Source of the DNA: Flavobacterium sp.
Lineage (GTDB): Bacteria > Bacteroidota > Bacteroidia > Flavobacteriales > Flavobacteriaceae
NCBI RefSeq assembly: GCF_027484205.1
Contig: NZ_JAIXUB010000001.1
Location: 65,528-129,527 of the forward strand
Direction: 5' to 3'
Length of the DNA stretch: 64,000 nucleotides
Shown piece by piece: positions 47,349 to 56,939 of the stretch. Position numbers and translations under genes: made by a program. The notes below the pieces were generated by a model. That model made no database searches, was not told where the DNA came from, and saw only the letters and a program-made list of their open reading frames with translations. The number at the start of each line of letters is the position of its first letter. Within the stretch, counting starts at the first letter, position 1.

Positions 47349-48806
47349 CTAATTGCTAATTATTGGTAATCTTAAAACTTGTTTGTCAGCAATATACTGT
47401 TTCAAGGCAATCATGGCTGCAATTTCAGCTTCGATGTCTAAATTAGCTTTTAGTTTTTCAGGACTATAATACGCTTTTACGAAACCTGTATCAAAATCAC
47501 CTGAGCGAAAAGCTTCATGTTCCATTACAAATTTTCCGAAAGGTAATGTAGTAGCAACACCTTCTACATGATAATTATCAATGGCTTTAATCATCAACTC
47601 GATGGATTCCTCACGAGTTTTTCCATAAGTAACCAATTTAGAAAGCATCGGATCATAATAAATTGGGACATCCATTCCTTCTTCAATTCCGTTATCTACA
47701 CGAATTCCTTCACCTTCTGGTAATTTATAAGTACTTAAATTTCCGACATTTGGTAAGAAATCATTCATTGGATCTTCGGCATAAACACGAAGTTCCATAG
47801 CATGACCTTGAATTACTAAATCTTCTTGTTTGATATCTAAAGCTTCACCACGAGCGACTTTAATTTGCAATTCAACTAAATCTAATCCTGAAACCATTTC
47901 AGTAACTGGATGTTCCACTTGCAAACGTGTATTCATTTCGAGGAAATAAAAATTATGTTTATCGTCTAATAAAAACTCAACGGTTCCTGCGCCAAGATAA
48001 TCGCAAGCACGAGCTACTTTTACAGCTGCTTCACCCATTTTTTTTCGCATTTCAGGAGTTAAAATAGACGATGGTGCTTCTTCCACTACTTTTTGATGAC
48101 GTCGTTGAATACTACATTCTCTTTCAAAAACATACAATACATTTCCGTGACTGTCAGCCATAATTTGGATTTCAATATGACGTGGTTTGGTTACATATTT
48201 TTCAATAAAAACCGAACCATCACCAAAAGCATTGGTAGCCTCAGAAATAGCGCGTTCCATTTGGGATTCAAAATCTTCTTCTTTTTCAACAACACGCATT
48301 CCTTTTCCTCCGCCACCAGCTGAAGCTTTAATCAAAATTGGAAATCCAATTTGAGTAGCAACTTTTTTTGCATCTTCAATATCAGATATTGCATCTTCTG
48401 TACCAGGAACCATTGGAATATCATAAGCTTTTACAGCATCTTTTGCAGCTAATTTACTTCCCATCATTTCAATAGCTTTGGATTTTGGCCCAATGAAAAT
48501 GATGTTATTCTTTTCACATTCTTCTGCGAAAGCGGAATTTTCACTTAAAAATCCGTAGCCTGGATGTACTGCATCAACACCAAGTTCTTTACAAACTTCA
48601 ATGATTTTATCACCACGTAAATAAGATTGGCTTGAAGCCGCTTCACCAATGCAAACTGCTTCGTCAGCATATTTTACATGAAGTGCATTTCTATCAGCAG
48701 TTGAAAATACGGCTACCGTTTTAATACCCATTTTCTTTGCTGTTTTCATTACCCTAATCGCAATTTCTCCACGATTGGCAACTAATATTTTGGTTATTTT
48801 TTTCAT
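47349..48806 (-). CDS. accC: Biotin carboxylase subunit
   Basis: ILVANRGEIA, HPGYGFLSEN, ASAGGGGKGMR, ERECSIQRRHQK, EMNTRLQVEHPVTE. Confidence 0.92.
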   Translation of the reverse strand: MKKITKILVANRGEIAIRVMKTAKKMGIKTVAVFSTADRNALHVKYADEAVCIGEAASSQSYLRGDKIIEVCKELGVDAVHPGYGFLSENSAFAEECEKNNIIFIGPKSKAIEMMGSKLAAKDAVKAYDIPMVPGTEDAISDIEDAKKVATQIGFPILIKASAGGGGKGMRVVEKEEDFESQMERAISEATNAFGDGSVFIEKYVTKPRHIEIQIMADSHGNVLYVFERECSIQRRHQKVVEEAPSSILTPEMRKKMGEAAVKVARACDYLGAGTVEFLLDDKHNFYFLEMNTRLQVEHPVTEMVSGLDLVELQIKVARGEALDIKQEDLVIQGHAMELRVYAEDPMNDFLPNVGNLSTYKLPEGEGIRVDNGIEEGMDVPIYYDPMLSKLVTYGKTREESIELMIKAIDNYHVEGVATTLPFGKFVMEHEAFRSGDFDTGFVKAYYSPEKLKANLDIEAEIAAMIALKQYIADKQVLRLPIISN

Positions 48807-48820
48807 ATATAAATTTTAAT

Positions 48821-48908
48821 TTGCCGTTAAGACATTAAGTCGCTAAGTTTTTTTTAAATAGTATGAATAAAAAAAAAAATCCTTTGTGGCTTTGCGCCTT
48901 TGTGGCAA
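48821..48908. repeat. Degenerate 27-bp inverted repeat with an 8-nt period
   Basis: TTGCCGTTAAGACATTAAGTCGCTAAG versus reverse complement TTGCCACAAAGGCGCAAAGCCACAAAG. Confidence 0.5.
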
Positions 48909-48921
48909 AATTTGTGTCTTT

Positions 48922-49407
48922 TTATTCGAATTCAATTAACAATTGTCCTTTATCTACAGCGTTCCCTTTTTCAACAGCAATAGATTTAATCACTCCATCA
49001 CGAGGTGAAAGGAAACTGTTTTCCATTTTCATGGCTTCTAAGATTAATAAAGGATCGTTTTCTTTAACGGTTTGCCCAACTTCTACGCTAATTTCAAGAA
49101 TTAAGCCAGGCATTGGCGCTTTAATAGCATTGATAACTTTAGTTCTACCACGTTCAATTCCCATACTTTTAATAAGAATATCTAAAGCGTCTTCAATAGC
49201 TACTTCATAAGTGTTATTGTTTACCTTGATGGTGTATTTTTTAGCTAAAAAATCGGCAGAAACGATTTCTGCTTTGTAAGGAATGTGATTTTTTAAAATA
49301 TGGAATTTATTATTTTCCACACTAACAGCATCAAGATTTTTTAGATCACTTTCCGATAAATCATAGGCATTGGAATGATTTACAGACAGTTTATAAGTAT
49401 TACTCAT
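48922..49407 (-). CDS. Biotin carboxyl carrier protein
   Basis: IKAPMPG, LEAMKMEN biotinylation motif. Confidence 0.92.
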   Translation of the reverse strand: MSNTYKLSVNHSNAYDLSESDLKNLDAVSVENNKFHILKNHIPYKAEIVSADFLAKKYTIKVNNNTYEVAIEDALDILIKSMGIERGRTKVINAIKAPMPGLILEISVEVGQTVKENDPLLILEAMKMENSFLSPRDGVIKSIAVEKGNAVDKGQLLIEFE

Positions 49408-49616
49408 ATTGATTAATTTTTGTTGGTAGTAAAATTAGCAAAAGAAAACGTTTTCGTGACTGATAATTATCACAAATTTGGAAATTTAGTATAGTTGAAA
49501 ATATCAAAATAAATTAAACATTTGGAATAATAAGTGAAAAACACTGAATGATAGTTGCAATAATCTATGCTAAAAACTTACCTTATATTTGTAGTAATTA
49601 GTTAAAGAAAAATATT

Positions 49617-51533
49617 TTGAAAAATACATTTAACATAGTGATTCTCTTTTTGGTAGTTTTTTATTGCCAAATTGGTTTTTCGCAAAAAAGTGAAATTGAT
49701 AGTTTAAAAAGAGTTTTGAGTGTTTCAAAAGCAGATACATCAAAAGTAAATCTATACAATCATTTAGCGGATAAATTCAAAGAATTAAATCCAGACTCAA
49801 CTGCTTTTTATGCTAATAAAGCAAAACTACTATCCTCAAAAACAGCTTATGGTTTTGGCTTAGCAAGTTCTTACATCAATAAAGGGAATTCAAACATCAT
49901 TTTAGGAAATTATAAAAATGCTAAAAGTGATTTCAAGAAGGCGCAAATTGAATTTGAAAAATTATTAAACAGTGATTCCAATAATAAAAAATATAAAAAT
50001 GGTTTAGCAAGAGCTTATGCAAGTGAAGGTGTAGTTTTTTCAGAGGAAAGTAATTATTATATGGCTTTAGAACTATATCAAAAAGCTTTAAAATTATACC
50101 AAGAAATTGGACAAAAAAACAACATCTCAAAAGCTTACAATAATATTGGAATTGTATATAAATCGAAGCAAAACAATACCAAAGCTTTAGAATATTTTAA
50201 AAAAGCACTTACTATTCAAGAGGAAATTGGAGAGCAAACTGTTCCTGTGACTTTAACTAATATTGGTGTTATTTATTTTGAAAACGGTAATCTTTCGGAA
50301 GCTATAAAATACTACACCAAAGCTGAAAAAAGTTTTAAATTAGTTGAAAATAATCGCGGTTTAGCATTGTTAAACAACTATTTAGGTGATTATCATAGAA
50401 AACTTAACGATGAATCAAAAGCAATTTCACATTATACATCAGCTTTGAATTTATATGAAGCGATGCAAAATAAATTTGGCGCTTCACTTGCTTTATACAA
50501 TTTAGGACAACTTTATTTTGAAAATAAAAAATACAGTGAAGCGATGCCATTCGCAACAAAATCTTTGAATTATGCGAAAGAAATTGGAGTTCTTGACCAA
50601 ACATTTCATTCAGAGAAACTGTTAAGTGACTTGTATGCAGCACAAAACAATCCATCACAATCCTTATTTCATTATAAAAACTATATTATTGCTCGAGATA
50701 GTATTACCAATCAAGAGAACGACAAAAAATTTGTTCAAGCCGAAATGGATTTTGAGTATCAAAAAAGAGAAGCACTTTTGTCTGAAAAAAACAAACGCCA
50801 AAATTTAATTCTGCTTTTTTCTATCATTGGTACACTACTTTTACTTGGTTTGATTTTAGTGATGTACAACAGAAGACAAATTAAAAGACGATTAACATTA
50901 CAAAAAGAAGTGGCAGAATATGAGCAAAAAGCATTGCATTTACAGATGAATCCTCATTTTGTTTTTAACTGTTTGGGATCAATTTCAAGTTTTATTGTTC
51001 AAAACGGAACCGACTCAGCACTAAAATATTTATCTAAATTTTCTAAACTAATGCGATTGACTTTAGAATACTCAAAAGGCGCATTGATTCCTATTGATAA
51101 AGAAGTTGAAAGTTTACAAAATTATTTAGAATTAGAGCAATTGCGTTTTCATAACAAATTTGAATTCTCAATAAAATCATCTGATAAAGTGGAATTTAAT
51201 ATGGGAATACCACCATTATTGATTCAGCCCTTTGTAGAAAATGCTATCTTGCATGGCGTTGTTCCAAAGGAAGGAAATGGTAAAATAGAAGTTCATTTTG
51301 ATGTTGAAAACAACCAACTCGTTTGTAAGATTAAAGATGATGGCATTGGCGTTTCAAAATCGAAAGAAATAAAGGAAAAATCGGTAACCGCACATCAATC
51401 AATGGCGTTAGAAATAACAAAAAAACGATTGGAAATTATGGAAGCAACCATTTCTAAATCGGCACAAATTGAAATTATTGAAAACAACGGAACGATTGTA
51501 ACATTGAGATTACCAATACAATACATAAAATAG
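49617..51533 (+). CDS. TPR-containing LytS-type sensor histidine kinase
   Basis: TPR repeats, TM segment, LHLQMNPHFVFNCL, QPFVENAILHG, DDGIG. Confidence 0.9.
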   Translation: MKNTFNIVILFLVVFYCQIGFSQKSEIDSLKRVLSVSKADTSKVNLYNHLADKFKELNPDSTAFYANKAKLLSSKTAYGFGLASSYINKGNSNIILGNYKNAKSDFKKAQIEFEKLLNSDSNNKKYKNGLARAYASEGVVFSEESNYYMALELYQKALKLYQEIGQKNNISKAYNNIGIVYKSKQNNTKALEYFKKALTIQEEIGEQTVPVTLTNIGVIYFENGNLSEAIKYYTKAEKSFKLVENNRGLALLNNYLGDYHRKLNDESKAISHYTSALNLYEAMQNKFGASLALYNLGQLYFENKKYSEAMPFATKSLNYAKEIGVLDQTFHSEKLLSDLYAAQNNPSQSLFHYKNYIIARDSITNQENDKKFVQAEMDFEYQKREALLSEKNKRQNLILLFSIIGTLLLLGLILVMYNRRQIKRRLTLQKEVAEYEQKALHLQMNPHFVFNCLGSISSFIVQNGTDSALKYLSKFSKLMRLTLEYSKGALIPIDKEVESLQNYLELEQLRFHNKFEFSIKSSDKVEFNMGIPPLLIQPFVENAILHGVVPKEGNGKIEVHFDVENNQLVCKIKDDGIGVSKSKEIKEKSVTAHQSMALEITKKRLEIMEATISKSAQIEIIENNGTIVTLRLPIQYIK

Positions 51534-51564
51534 TTAGCAGACTAATCACTTTTCACTAAAAAAC

Positions 51565-52317
51565 ATGATTACAGCAGTATTAATAGACGACGACAAACAT
51601 TTACGTGAAGGTTTAAAAGCACTTTTACAACGCTATACCAATGAAATAAACATTATTGGTGAAGCAGAAAGTGTAAAATCGGGTGTGGAAACATTAGAGC
51701 GTTTACAACCTCAAGTGATTTTTCTTGATATTCATTTATCTGACGGAACAGGTTTTGATATTTTAGAACAACTGAAAGGTAAAACAAAAGCACATATTGT
51801 ATTTATTACTGCTCACGAACAATACGCCTTAAAAGCATTCAAGTTTAGTGCTTTAGATTTTATTTTGAAACCTGTTGATCCTGAGGAATTACAAAATACA
51901 ATTTCAAAAATAAAAGAGGTTGTTGGAAAAAGCAACTCGTTTGAACATATTGATTTGTTGTTGGAAAACATTCGTAAGAAAGTTGATAATTTTAAAAGAA
52001 TAGCACTTTCTACAAGCGATGGCATTCATTTATTTGAAGTTTCTGATATTATTCGCTGTGAGGCAAAAGGAAATTATACAGAGTTTTTTATTAAAAATCA
52101 CAAACCAGTTTTAATTTCAAGAACATTGAAAGAATTTGAAGAAATGCTTACTGAACAAGGATTTGAAAGAATTCATCAATCGCATTTAATTAATTTATCT
52201 TATTTAAAATCGTACATAAAAAGTGATGGCGGTTATGTAATCATGGCTGATAATAGCAATATTCCATTAGCGCAAAGTAAGAGAGAACGATTGCAGGAAA
52301 TGATAAAAAATTTGTAA
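51565..52317 (+). CDS. LytTR-family response regulator
   Basis: Receiver FLDIHL; LytTR FERIHQSHLINL. Confidence 0.92.
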   Translation: MITAVLIDDDKHLREGLKALLQRYTNEINIIGEAESVKSGVETLERLQPQVIFLDIHLSDGTGFDILEQLKGKTKAHIVFITAHEQYALKAFKFSALDFILKPVDPEELQNTISKIKEVVGKSNSFEHIDLLLENIRKKVDNFKRIALSTSDGIHLFEVSDIIRCEAKGNYTEFFIKNHKPVLISRTLKEFEEMLTEQGFERIHQSHLINLSYLKSYIKSDGGYVIMADNSNIPLAQSKRERLQEMIKNL

Positions 52318-52372
52318 TAAAGTCCTTCAAACTCCCAAAGCTTTGGGACAAGATGACAAAAAATATAAAAAT

Positions 52373-55300
52373 ATGAAGACACATACTATAAAATCACGAA
52401 CTATGAGAACGCTACTAATTATTTTGCTATTTGTATCGGGTTTTGCATTTGCGCAACCATCAATTAACAATCCTACATCATTACAAGTTTGTGATGATGG
52501 TAATGATGGATTTGAAAATTTTAATTTATTTTCAAAAAATGCAGAAGTTTTAGGATCATTAAACGCATCAAATCATACCGTAAGTTATCATGAAACATTA
52601 GTTGATGCAGAAAATAATCTTAATGCATTACCATCAGTATATAGTAATATCGTAAACAATCAAATAATTTATGTCCGTGTAATAGAAAATAGTAGTCCAA
52701 CATTATATTCAACTACAACATTAACTTTAGAAGCTGTTTCTTATCCTTTAATAATTCCAATGTCAAATGTTACCGTTTGCGAAAGTTATACTTTACCTGC
52801 TTTACCATTTGGTCAAAATTATTATACACAAACTTTTGGCACAGGAACATTATTAGCAGCAGGATCACAAATAACTACAACACAAACGATTTATATTTTT
52901 GCGCAAACACTAACGATACCACCATGTACAAGTGAATCTAGTTTTACAGTAACAGTAAATTCTATTCCAACATATTCTACACCACCAAATTTAGTTCAAA
53001 ATAGTACAACAGGAACTGCTGTGTTTGATTTGGCTACTCAAAATTCTTTAATAACTACTGACGCTGATTATTCAATTTTTTATTTCGAAACTTTATTAGA
53101 TACTGAAAACACAATAAATGCAATAAATCCACTATTGTATGAAAATATTTCAAACCCGCAAACAATTTATGCAAGAGTTCAGGACAACGCAACGGGTTGT
53201 TATTCTATTACTAATTTTAATTTGATTGTAAATACAAATCCTTTTCCAATAAATAATCCAACACCATTATATGCATGTGATTCAGGATATAATAGTGGTT
53301 TTGGTTTGTTTTATTTAGTAGATGTAGGTGAAATTTTAGGTAGTTTAAATCCTAGTTTATATTCAGTTACTTATCATGAAACTTTAGCAAATTCTCAAAC
53401 TGGTGCAAATCCATTATCAACATTAGGATACGCAAATATCTATCCATTTTTTCAAACTATTTATGTTAGAGTAACTGAAAATGCTAATCCAACAAATTTT
53501 GCTACTACAACTTTAGATTTAATTGTTAATCCATCACCGATTTTAAATTCTGTACCAAATTTAACACAAGTTGATAATGACGGATATGCCTCATTTGATT
53601 TAACTACACATAACAGTTTATTAATTGCTCCTGCTAGCATTACAGATTATGGTTTTTTGTATTACCCAACAATAACTGATGCCGCTAACGGTACAAATCA
53701 AATACTTGATTTTTTTAATTATACAAATAGTACAAATCCGCAAAATATTATTGTAAAGGTTACAAATAACGTAACTGGATGTTATCAATTTAGTGGTTTT
53801 GACTTAGTAGTTCAAGCAAGTGATTTTCCAATAAATACACCTACAACACTTTCCACTTGTGGAAATGCTTCAGGATTTAGCAATTTTAATTTACATTCAA
53901 AAGACACTGAAATATTAGGTAGTTTAAATCCTAGTAATTACACAGTAACTTATTATGCAAATTCTAATGATGCCTTCAATGAGCAAAATGCACTAGCATC
54001 ACCATTTACAAATACTACAGCAAGTTATCAAACAATTTTTGTAAGAGTTGACGAAAATTCAACAGCAAGTTTTTCAACAACAACTTTACAATTATATTCA
54101 GTTCCACCGCCTTTTATTGCTACAACAGTTCCAAATTTAACTGTTACAGAAAATCCTTTTGATGGCGTTGCTACTTTTAATTTGACCACACAAAATAATT
54201 ACATCACGACAATACCAACACAAATTATTAATTTCTTCACCACTCAAACTGATGCAGAAAATCAAACTAATGCCATTTCAAATCCTAGTTCATTTACAGG
54301 AAATCACTTGCAAACCATTTGGTTTAGTCTAACAGAACCTTCAACAGGATGTTTTACCATTGAAAGTTTCACTCTAAATGTATTTGATTCATCTATAGTA
54401 GTTTATATTCCTGATAATAATTTTAAAACGAAACTTTTATCAGCAAATCCAAGCAATACAGTTGCAAAAAATTTAGCAGGAAACTACTCTATTGTTGATA
54501 CAAATTCTAATGGAGAAATTGAGTTTTCTGAAGCACTAAATATAAGTTACTTAGATGTAAATCAAAGCAATATTGCAGACATGACAGGATTAGAAGCTTT
54601 TACAAATTTAACTTATTTAGATTGTAGATTAAATCTTGTACTATCAAATTTAAATGTTTCAAGTTTAACAAATTTAACTTATTTGAATGCTTACTATGCA
54701 GGTTTGTTCACAATAACTCTAACTCCTAGTATTGTAAATTTAGATATAAGTGCTAATAATTTAACAGGAAACTTAGATCTAACATCGTTTACTAATCTAC
54801 AAACATTTAAAAGTGGTCCATATAATGGTTTAACCTCTCTAAACCTTTCTGGATTAACAAATCTTACCACAGTCGATTGTAGTAATAACAGTTTAACATC
54901 TTTAAACGTAGATGGTTGCACACAATTACAAAGTCTTAATTGTGTTTCAAATCAAATAGCTACTTTCAATGGTTCAGGACTTGTATCATTATTAAATTTT
55001 GATTGTACTTTAAACCAAATCCTTTCATTAGATGTTTCAACATCAGCTAATTTACAAACTTTAAGCTGTGGATCAAATTTATTATCAACTCTAAATTTAG
55101 GTACAAATTATTATCTATCGTATCTTGATTGTAACAACAATAATCTTTCATCATTAAATGTAGATAATTGTCCAAACCTACAAACATTATATCTTTATAC
55201 AAATCCTATTTCAAGCATAAATTTATTAAACAATATCATTTTACAAAATCTTTATGCTAGTTCTACAAATTTAACTTCAATAGATTTATCAAATAATAGT

Positions 55301-56878
55301 TTTTTAAATTACATCGATGTTTCATCAAATCCACAATTGACTTATTTGTCATTAAAAAATGGAGGAATTGAAGAAGGAATTTCTATATTTTCAAATCCTA
55401 ATCTTCAATTTGTGTGTGCCGATGATAATGAAATTGAATCCATTCAACAACAATTAAACATTGCTCTTTTAGAAAATGTTACTGTCAATTCCTATTGTTC
55501 ATTTACACCTGGAGGCGATTTCAATACTTTAACCGGAACAGCAACTTTTGATGTAAACAATAATGGTTGCGATGCTTCTGATATTCCTTTTGATTTATTA
55601 AGTTTAAATGTAAGTTTAAATGGTATTTCAACAAATTCATCTGTGATTACTAACAATTCTGGAGTTTATAGTTTATATACCAATGTAGTAGGTGAATACC
55701 AATTAACTCCAAATTTTGAAAACCCAACATTTTACAATGTTTCGCCTGTTGTTCAACTGTTTCCTGTAATTGATAATTCAACTGCTACTCAAAACTTTTG
55801 CATCACTGCAAATGGTGCTCATCCTGATTTAGAAATTATAATTGCACCTATAACTCCTGCGCGTCCTGGTTTTGATGCATTATACCAAATTGTTTATAAA
55901 AACAAAGGAAATCAAACACTTTCAGGAAGTTATACATTTAATTATGATGATGTAAAATTAGATTATATTTCAGCAACAGTTATCCCAAATACTTTTGCTA
56001 CAGGTATTTTAACTTGGAATTATACTAACTTAATGCCTTTTGAAAATAGAACTGTCTATGTGACTTTAAATGTGAATTCACCTGTAGAAATTCCTGCAGT
56101 AAACATTGGTGATATTTTTACGTTTTCATCAACAATAAATCCAATAACAGGTGATGAAACTCCAAGTGATAATACGTTTACTTATGCGCAAACAGTCGTT
56201 GGTTCTTACGATCCAAATGACATTACTTGTACTGAAGGACAAACTGTTGCACCATCAGAAATAGGTGAATATCTTCATTACATTGTTAATTTTGAAAACA
56301 CCGGAAATTATTATGCCGAAAATGTAGTGGTAAAAATTGAAATCGATGCAACTAAATATGATGTAAGTTCGTTGCAATTACTAAATACATCAAGCGAAAG
56401 CAAAAGTAAAATCACAAATAATGTAGTTGAATTTATTTTTGAAGGAATAAATTTAGCAGCAGCAAGCGGAAATCCACCTGTTGGCGGACATGGAAATGTA
56501 CTTTTCAAAATCAAGTCCAAAAACAATTTAGTTACTGGAGATATGGTTCAAAAAGCAGCTAAAATTTATTTTGATTACAATGCACCAATTGAAACCAATC
56601 TTTCACAAACAACTTATCAATCGTTGAATAATCCAATATTTGAGTTTGACGAAAGTGTAAAAGTGTATCCTAATCCAACCCAATCAATAATCAATATCAA
56701 CAGCAATTTCAATATTCAATCAATAGAATTATATGACGTTCAAGGTAGAATTTTAGAAAAAAGTTTTGAGGATAACACCGCTACAACTCTAGACATATCT
56801 GAAAGACAAAACGGAATTTATTTTGTAAAAATAAATTCTGACAAAGGAAGTAAAATTGAAAAAGTAATTAAAAATTAG
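52373..56878 (+). CDS. T9SS type-A sorted surface protein: repeated beta domains, leucine-rich repeats, DUF7619-like C-terminal domain
   Basis: Three INxPTxL..C/NL modules, LRR LxxLDCSNNSLTSLNV, GSYDPND...VNFENTG...IYFDYNAPI, CTD VYPNP; start could be 52403. Confidence 0.85.
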   Translation: MKTHTIKSRTMRTLLIILLFVSGFAFAQPSINNPTSLQVCDDGNDGFENFNLFSKNAEVLGSLNASNHTVSYHETLVDAENNLNALPSVYSNIVNNQIIYVRVIENSSPTLYSTTTLTLEAVSYPLIIPMSNVTVCESYTLPALPFGQNYYTQTFGTGTLLAAGSQITTTQTIYIFAQTLTIPPCTSESSFTVTVNSIPTYSTPPNLVQNSTTGTAVFDLATQNSLITTDADYSIFYFETLLDTENTINAINPLLYENISNPQTIYARVQDNATGCYSITNFNLIVNTNPFPINNPTPLYACDSGYNSGFGLFYLVDVGEILGSLNPSLYSVTYHETLANSQTGANPLSTLGYANIYPFFQTIYVRVTENANPTNFATTTLDLIVNPSPILNSVPNLTQVDNDGYASFDLTTHNSLLIAPASITDYGFLYYPTITDAANGTNQILDFFNYTNSTNPQNIIVKVTNNVTGCYQFSGFDLVVQASDFPINTPTTLSTCGNASGFSNFNLHSKDTEILGSLNPSNYTVTYYANSNDAFNEQNALASPFTNTTASYQTIFVRVDENSTASFSTTTLQLYSVPPPFIATTVPNLTVTENPFDGVATFNLTTQNNYITTIPTQIINFFTTQTDAENQTNAISNPSSFTGNHLQTIWFSLTEPSTGCFTIESFTLNVFDSSIVVYIPDNNFKTKLLSANPSNTVAKNLAGNYSIVDTNSNGEIEFSEALNISYLDVNQSNIADMTGLEAFTNLTYLDCRLNLVLSNLNVSSLTNLTYLNAYYAGLFTITLTPSIVNLDISANNLTGNLDLTSFTNLQTFKSGPYNGLTSLNLSGLTNLTTVDCSNNSLTSLNVDGCTQLQSLNCVSNQIATFNGSGLVSLLNFDCTLNQILSLDVSTSANLQTLSCGSNLLSTLNLGTNYYLSYLDCNNNNLSSLNVDNCPNLQTLYLYTNPISSINLLNNIILQNLYASSTNLTSIDLSNNSFLNYIDVSSNPQLTYLSLKNGGIEEGISIFSNPNLQFVCADDNEIESIQQQLNIALLENVTVNSYCSFTPGGDFNTLTGTATFDVNNNGCDASDIPFDLLSLNVSLNGISTNSSVITNNSGVYSLYTNVVGEYQLTPNFENPTFYNVSPVVQLFPVIDNSTATQNFCITANGAHPDLEIIIAPITPARPGFDALYQIVYKNKGNQTLSGSYTFNYDDVKLDYISATVIPNTFATGILTWNYTNLMPFENRTVYVTLNVNSPVEIPAVNIGDIFTFSSTINPITGDETPSDNTFTYAQTVVGSYDPNDITCTEGQTVAPSEIGEYLHYIVNFENTGNYYAENVVVKIEIDATKYDVSSLQLLNTSSESKSKITNNVVEFIFEGINLAAASGNPPVGGHGNVLFKIKSKNNLVTGDMVQKAAKIYFDYNAPIETNLSQTTYQSLNNPIFEFDESVKVYPNPTQSIININSNFNIQSIELYDVQGRILEKSFEDNTATTLDISERQNGIYFVKINSDKGSKIEKVIKN

Positions 56879-56906
56879 TAATTGAAAATAGGTTAAGTTA
56901 ATGAAG

Positions 56907-56939
56907 AAGCGTGAATCAGAAATGGTTTGCGCTTTTTTT
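56907..56939. terminator. Probable terminator between convergent genes
   Basis: AAGCGTGAATCA/TGGTTTGCGCTT stem with G-U pairs and a T-run. Confidence 0.55.
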
